Below are positions 62,270 to 64,000 of a DNA stretch of 64,000 bases, piece by piece (position 1 is the stretch's first letter; every line of letters starts with the position of its first letter). The stretch covers positions 770 to 64,769 of the forward strand of contig JBKHBH010000001.1 in NCBI GenBank assembly GCA_046542505.1, in the 5' to 3' direction. The notes beneath the pieces were generated by a model that ran no database searches, was not told the DNA's origin, and worked only from the letters and a program-made list of their open reading frames with translations. This DNA comes from Thermovirgaceae bacterium (lineage in GTDB: Bacteria; Synergistota; Synergistia; Synergistales; Thermovirgaceae). A program made the position numbers and the translations under genes.

Positions 62270-62799
62270 CGCTCCTGGTTGCCCTCCGAAAGCGGGCGGT
62301 CTCTGGTGAGCCGGGGATATGGGGGATATTGTTCCTCTTTCTTCGGCTCCTCCTGTTTTTGAATGGTCTGTCTCAGGTGCGATGCATTTTGTGCCAGGTT
62401 TTGCAATAGCGTCGCCAGCATTACCCGTTCCTCTTCAGTGAAACCCTGGGCAAGAAATTCCTGGGCCTTCTTCCTGGCTTCGATGACCTTCGGGGCAAAG
62501 ACCTTCCCGTGCTTCGTGGGCCAGAGCCTCCTGCACCGCCGGTCCTCGGCGTCCTGTTCCCTGGTGATGTAGCCCTTTTTCTCGAGTTCCTTCACGGCCC
62601 TCGCCGTAGTGGTCTTGTCCATGAGAAGACGCTCCGAAACTTCTTCCTGGGTCAGGCCGGGGAAAAGGGCGATCTCGATCAAAAAACGCTTCGGGCCGTA
62701 CCCGATGTCGCTTCCCGGAAGGCTTTCATTCATGTAGGCGCAAAGGTTGCGGTGGATGATGGAAACCCACTTGCCAAAAGACTCTTCCACGATGCTCAC
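62266..62799 (-). CDS. MarR-family transcriptional regulator with a Pro/Glu-rich C-terminal tail (177 aa)
   Basis: LTQEEVSERLLMDKTTTARAVKELEKKGYI wHTH. GTG start overlaps the MATE stop (GTGA). Confidence 0.8.
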   Translation of the reverse strand: MSIVEESFGKWVSIIHRNLCAYMNESLPGSDIGYGPKRFLIEIALFPGLTQEEVSERLLMDKTTTARAVKELEKKGYITREQDAEDRRCRRLWPTKHGKVFAPKVIEARKKAQEFLAQGFTEEERVMLATLLQNLAQNASHLRQTIQKQEEPKKEEQYPPYPRLTRDRPLSEGNQER

Positions 62800-64000
62800 G
62801 CCCTCTCTGGATAAGCTTCAAGGGATTTGAGACTCTTCGCCTCAGGCAAAAGCAGCATGAGGGTGAGGATAAAGGACAGAACATCTGCTCCGGCAAAGGA
62901 AAGCCACACGCCGTCAAGCCCCAAAAACTTCGGTAAAAGAAGAAGCAGGGGGATGAAAAACAGGATGGGCCGCGCCATGTTAACGATGAAAGCGGGCCAG
63001 GCCTTGCCTAGGGCCTGGAAGACGGCTCCCCCTACCTTGTTGAAACCCGCCAGGAAGAATCCCGCCACCATCAACCGGATGGCGTGGGGCCCCATCTCGA
63101 GCAGCTCGGGGTCGGAGGAGAAGATCTTCAGCACCGGTTCGGGAAAGAGCAGGATGAAAAGCGAAACAGCCGAACAGACGGCCAGGGCGATGCCCTGGGA
63201 TGTCTTGATGCCTTCCACGGCGCGGTGGTATTGCTTCGCTCCATAGTTGTACCCAACGATGGGCTGCATGCCCTGGGCGATGCCGATGACGGGCATGGCA
63301 GAAAAGATGATGATCCTGTTGTTGACGCCGAAGACGGCCACGGCGATGTTCCCGCCGTAAAAGGCCGCCAGCTGATTGATGAGCCCGAAGACAAAGCTGG
63401 ACGAGGCGTGGTGCAGCAGGGCCGGGAACCCGACGGTGATGATTTCCCGTAGAATCCTGAACCTGGGTTTCATGTCCGAGGGGCTGATGGTTACCAGGCT
63501 GTGTCCCGACCGGAAAAAGCGCGCGATCCAGATCAGGGCGGCCACCCTGGAAAGAAGGGTCGCCACGGCGGCTCCACGGATGCCCATGTCGAGGGCAAAG
63601 ATAAAAATCGGGTCCAGGACGATGTTCGTCAGGGCTCCTATGAGCATACTCCACATGGCCATTTTTGCAGCCCCTTCGGAGCGGATCACGTTGTTTAGCG
63701 ACATGGTGCCCAGTATGAGCGGGCTTCCCAGGAAGATGACGCTCATATACTCCGAAGAGTAGGGAATGATCGCATCGGTGGCGCCGAAGGCCCTGAGAAC
63801 GGGTACGAGAAAAACCGTTCCGACTGCCATGAAGAGCGCTCCAGTCGTTAAAATGGCGAGAAGGTTGTTTCCGAAGGCCCAGCGGGCGCGTTCGTAGTCT
63901 TTAGCCCCGAGGCTCCGGGAGATGAGCGAGGCCGTGCCGATACCGAGCATGGCGCCGGTTCCGCCGATGATCATCTGGACCGGAAAGGCCACGGAAAGAC
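62796..64000 (-). CDS. MATE-family efflux transporter, partial (N-terminus beyond the window)
   Basis: Polytopic sequence with MATE-like repeats. The reading frame is open to the window end. Confidence 0.7.
   Translation of the reverse strand, partial: LSVAFPVQMIIGGTGAMLGIGTASLISRSLGAKDYERARWAFGNNLLAILTTGALFMAVGTVFLVPVLRAFGATDAIIPYSSEYMSVIFLGSPLILGTMSLNNVIRSEGAAKMAMWSMLIGALTNIVLDPIFIFALDMGIRGAAVATLLSRVAALIWIARFFRSGHSLVTISPSDMKPRFRILREIITVGFPALLHHASSSFVFGLINQLAAFYGGNIAVAVFGVNNRIIIFSAMPVIGIAQGMQPIVGYNYGAKQYHRAVEGIKTSQGIALAVCSAVSLFILLFPEPVLKIFSSDPELLEMGPHAIRLMVAGFFLAGFNKVGGAVFQALGKAWPAFIVNMARPILFFIPLLLLLPKFLGLDGVWLSFAGADVLSFILTLMLLLPEAKSLKSLEAYPERA

Noticed and set aside
1-64000. Search for CRISPR arrays, tRNA/rRNA genes, and defence, toxin-antitoxin or prophage modules
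   Set aside because: I saw no regularly spaced repeats, no cloverleaf-like or rRNA-like segments, and no nuclease, methylase or phage-type ORFs. All sizeable gaps are accounted for by promoters, leaders, terminators or the IS relic.

Overview
A densely coding 64-kb bacterial chromosome segment, about 60% G+C by eye, with AT-rich intergenic regions and one clearly lower-GC 3.6-kb block. I saw no rRNA, tRNA or CRISPR. I call 56 protein genes and 2 leader peptides. All functions come from motif recognition by eye, since no database search was possible; the content suggests an anaerobic amino-acid degrader, but the taxon is unresolved.

Layout:
- (1) 1-16.1 kb: an accessory catabolic island. A divergent control region drives an nhaC-like gene plus a dehydrogenase on the minus strand. 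On the plus strand it drives an 11-gene array with four racemase/epimerase genes of three mechanistic classes (Asp/Glu type, LarA type, two DapF-like). The array also holds saccharopine-dehydrogenase paralogs (three in the island), an internal GntR regulator, a divergent enolase, a glycerate 2-kinase, an arginine-deiminase-fold hydrolase and an MFS transporter.
- (2) 16.17-16.37 kb: a relic of an insertion sequence.
- (3) 16.4-23.3 kb: trpEGDCFBA behind a Trp-Trp-Trp leader peptide with tandem terminators; pheA is convergent.
- (4) 24.5-28.05 kb: a lower-GC insertion (GltS-type symporter, OCD/mu-crystallin enzyme, RpiR regulator).
- (5) 28.1-35.75 kb: a complete shikimate/tyrA operon (aroF-tyrA-aroA-aroE-aroC-aroKB-aroQ). 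It is preceded by a 53-codon leader peptide rich in Phe/Tyr/Trp codons with a hand-derivable 1:2 / 2:3 / 3:4 attenuator.
- (6) 35.8-51.8 kb: three D-aminoacylase-family modules, each with different partners (regulator + divergent SHMT + M20D; TRAP + MBL hydrolase; YhdT/SSS symporter + RidA).
- (7) 51.9-54.6 kb: an orphan partner-switching module (STAS, RsbW-like kinase, dCache-HAMP-PP2C).
- (8) 54.6-62.3 kb: a LysR-controlled operon with two tandem YgeY-like M20 genes (one lacking catalytic residues), a Zn-ribbon ThrC-like enzyme, a second SHMT and a 487-aa TrpB-like PLP enzyme.
- (9) MarR-MATE at the right edge.

The best candidates for undescribed biology are the multi-racemase / triple saccharopine-dehydrogenase island and the mixed aromatic leader-peptide attenuator of the shikimate operon.
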